Shown in pieces: positions 47,801-50,756 of a stretch of 50,756 nt of DNA. Below the pieces are notes generated by a model that ran no database searches, was not told where the DNA came from, and saw only the letters and a list, made by a program, of their open reading frames with translations. Numbering within the stretch: position 1 is the stretch's first letter; the number at the start of each line of letters is the position of its first letter. The position numbers and the translations under genes were made by a program. This stretch comes from Utricularia gibba (lineage: Eukaryota; Plantae; Magnoliophyta), in contig NEEC01000232.1 of the NCBI GenBank assembly GCA_002189035.1, forward strand, positions 1 through 50,756, read 5' to 3'.

Positions 47801-50756
47801 CGCTCCAGAGTCATTTTTAGCCCAAAAAAATTGATGCATTTATTAACGTTGGTTTTAATAGGCTGCCTACATGGTTTCTCAAGGAAAAGCTTGTCGTTTC
47901 TGGGCGGGTGATGTCTTTGGAACTTCGTTCTGACCATAGGTTCGGTCTGACTCCTTTGCCACATCGGGTCCTACTCGACGAAAATCGTGATGCAGTTATT
48001 GAAGTTAGGATTCATGAGCACCCAAAATGGTTTTCTCAACCGCATGCTTTATATTTGATAAGGCGCTCTCGTGGGGCAACGGTATCGAGCAGGAGGTCGA
48101 GTCGAGCTCGGGCCATAGTCATTTGTAGCCCGGCAAAAAAATTGATGCATTTATTAACGTTGGTTTTATTAGGCTGCCTACATGTTTTCTCAAGGAAAAG
48201 CTTGTCGTTTCTGGGCGGGTGATGTCGTTGGAACTTCGTTCTGACCCAAGGTTCGGTCTGACTCCTTTGCCATCGGTCCTACTCGACGAAAATCGTGATG
48301 CAGTTATTGAAGTTAGGATTTCATGAGCACCCAAAATGCTTTTTCTCAACGCATGCTTTATATTGAGGAGGCGCTCTAGTGGGGCAACGGTATCGGGCAA
48401 AAGGTCGAGTCGGGCTCGGCTCCCAGAGTCATTTTTAGCCTGGCAAAAAAATTGATGCATTTATTAACGTTGGGTTTTAATAGGCTGCCTACATGGTTTC
48501 TCAAGGAAAAGCTTGTCGTTTCTGGGCGGGTGATGTCTTTTGGAACTTCGTTCTGACCATAGGTTCGGTCTGACTCCTTTGCCACATCGGGTCCTACTCG
48601 ACGAAAATCGTGATGCAGTTATTGAAGTTAGGATTTCATGAGCACCCAAAATGGTTTTTCAACCGCATGCTTTATATTTGATAAGGCACTCTCGTGGGGC
48701 AACGGTATCGAGCAGGAGGTCGAGTCGAGCTCGGTCCCAGAGTCATTTGTAGCCCGGCAAAAAAATTGATGCATTTATTAACGTTGGCTTTATTAGGCTG
48801 CCTACATAGTTTCTCAAGGAAAAGCTTGTCGTTTCTGCGGGTGATGTCTTTGGAACTTCGTTCTGACCAAGGTTCGGTCTGACTCCTTTGCCACATCGGG
48901 TCCTACTCGACGAAAATCGTGATGCAGTTATTGAAGTTAGGATTTCATGAGCACCCAAAATGGTTTTTCTCAACCGCATGCTTTATATTTGATAAGGCTC
49001 TCGTGGGGCAACGGTATCGAGTAGGAGGTCGAGTCGAGCTCGGGCCCATAGTCATTTGTAGCTCGGCAAAAAACTTGATGCATTTATTAACGTTGGTTTA
49101 ATAGGCTGCCTCAATGGTTTTCTCAAGGAAAAGCTTGTCGTTTTGGGCGGGTGATGTCGTTGTGAACTTCGTTCTGACCCAAGGTTCGGTCTGTCTCCTT
49201 TGCCATCGGTCCTACTCGACGAAAATCGTGATGCAGTTATTGAAGTTAGGATTTCATGAGCACCCAAAATGCTTTTCAACGCATGCTTTATATTGAGGAG
49301 GCGCTCTAGTGGGGCACGGTATCGGGCGGTCGAGTCGGGCTCGCCCAGAGTCATTTTTAGCCTGTCAAAAAAATGATGCATTTATTAACGTTGGGTTTTA
49401 ATAGGCTGCCTACATGGTTTCTCAAGGAAAAGCTTGTCGTTTCTGGGCGGGTGATGTCTTTTGGAACTTCGTTCTGACCATAGGTTCGGTCTGACTCCTT
49501 TGCCACATCGGGTCCTACTCGACGAAAATCGTGATGCAGTTATTGAAGTTAGGATTTCATGAGCACCCAAAATGGTTTTCTCAACCGCATGCTTTATATT
49601 TGATAAGGCACTCTCGTGGGGCAACGGTATCGAGCAGGAGTCGAGTCGAGCTCGGGCCCAGAGTCATTTGTAGCCGGCAAAAAATTGATGCATTTATTAA
49701 CGTTCGGCTTTATTAGGCTGCCTACATAGTTTCTCAAGGAAAAGCTTGTCGTTTCTGGGCGGGTGATGTTTTGGAACTTCGTTCTGACCATAGGTTCGGT
49801 CTGACTCCTTTGCCACATCGGGTCCTACTCGACGAAAATCGTGATGCAGTTATTGAAGTTAGGATTTCATGAGCACCCAAAATGGTTTTCTCAACCGCAT
49901 GCTTTATATTTGATAAGGTGCTCTCGTGGGCAACGGTATCGAGTAGGAGGTCGAGTCGAGCTCGGGCCCATAGTCATTTGTAGCTCGGCAAAAAACTTGA
50001 TGCATTTATTAACGGTTGGTTTTAATAGGCTGCCTCAATGGTTTTCTCAAGGAAAAGCTTGTCGTTTTTGGGCGGTGATGTCGTTGTGAACTTCGTTCTG
50101 ACCCAAGGTTCGGTCTGTCTCCTTTGCCAAATCTGGTCCTACTCGACGAAAATCGTGATGCAGTTATTGAAGTTAGGATTTCATGAGCACCCAAAATGCT
50201 TTTGTCAATCGCATGCTTTGTAGTTGAGGAGGCGCTCTAGTGGGGCACGGTATCGGCAAAAGGTCGAGTCGGCTCGCTCCCAGAGTCATTTTTAGCCTGT
50301 CAAAAAAAGTGATGCATTTATTAACGTTGGGTTTTATTAGGCTGCCTACATGTTTCTCAAGGAAAAGCTTGTCGTTTCTGGCGGGTGATGTCTTTTGGAA
50401 CTTCGTTCTGACCATAGGTTCGGTCTGACTCCTTTGCCACATCGGGTCCTACTCGACGAAAATCGTGATGCAGTTATTGAAGTTAGGATTCATGAGCACC
50501 CAAAATGGTTTTCTCAACCGCATGCTTTATATTTGATAAGGTGCTCTCGTGGGCAACGGTATCGAGTAGGAGGTCGAGTCGAGCTCGGGCCCATAGTCAT
50601 TTGTAGCTCGGCAAAAAACTTGATGCATTTATTAACGGTTGGTTTTAATAGGCTGCCTCATGGTTTTCTCAAGGAAAAGCTTGTCGTTTTTGGGCGGGTG
50701 ATGTCGTTGTGAACTTCGTTCTGACCCAAGGTTCGGTCTGTCTCCTTTGCCAAATC

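Larger units (their letters stand above)
1..50756. repeat. Tandem satellite DNA array, ~308-bp monomer, ~164.6 head-to-tail copies, single orientation
   Basis: The anchor CCTACTCGACGAAAATCGTGATGCAG recurs at 182, 493, 797, 1102, 1407, 1720, 2027, 2335 ... 50448, spaced ~304-316 bp apart (up to 340 at 22.3 kb). The manual count gives 163 intervals over 50,266 bp. No unique sequence was seen between copies. Nearly every copy has one HindIII (AAGCTT), one SphI (GCATGC) and one NsiI (ATGCAT) site. Confidence 0.99.
25480..50756 (+). repeat. Right-hand domain dominated by C-D dimers and A-(C-D)n units
   Basis: About 29 D or D-like monomers. D-to-D spacing is mostly 2 (~620 bp) or 3 (~930 bp) monomers, occasionally 4-5. 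Confidence 0.82.

Noticed and set aside
239-50712. Hundreds of 60-190-aa ORFs on both strands (e.g. MPHRVLLDENRDAVIEVRIHEHPKWFSQPHALYL..., ...SNIKHAVEKTILGAHEILTSITASRFSSSR...)
   Set aside because: All are alternative-frame translations of the same monomer, opened and closed by single-base indels. No frame is conserved between copies, I recognise no domain, and the longest is 190 aa (3911-4483).
1-50756. CRISPR array
   Set aside because: There are no unique spacers and no cas genes; the entire 308-bp unit is repeated.
1-50756. Rolling-circle concatemer of a ~310-nt viroid-like or other small circle
   Set aside because: Ordered, recurring subtypes with linked variants, nested HORs and an internal 155-bp dimer cannot come from copying one circle. 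I saw no hammerhead core or pospiviroid central conserved region.

Overview
The whole 50,756-bp window is one uninterrupted head-to-tail tandem satellite array in a single orientation. It holds about 164.6 copies of a ~308-bp monomer: the anchor CCTACTCGACGAAAATCG first occurs at 182 and last at 50448, with 163 intervals by manual count, mean ~308.4 bp, ~48% GC. I find no credible protein gene, RNA gene, CRISPR array or transposon; every listed ORF is a re-translation of the same monomer. The structure is nested. (1) The monomer is an old, diverged dimer of two ~155-bp subunits (73% identity over a gapless 63-bp core). (2) Monomers fall into recurrent subtypes, which I label A, B, C, D and E. 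(3) Subtypes form variable higher-order repeats (HORs): largely [A-B-A-E]n-A-C-D in the left half and A-(C-D)n in the right half. (4) A disordered zone at ~22.3-24.2 kb lies just before the switch. The ~155-bp base unit and CG/CHG-context C>T differences between subtypes suggest a eukaryotic, probably plant, centromeric or heterochromatic satellite. I cannot name the family or species. Homopolymer jitter and mosaic monomers suggest long-read consensus error, so the fine HOR detail needs raw-read confirmation. All counts and subtype calls were made by eye.
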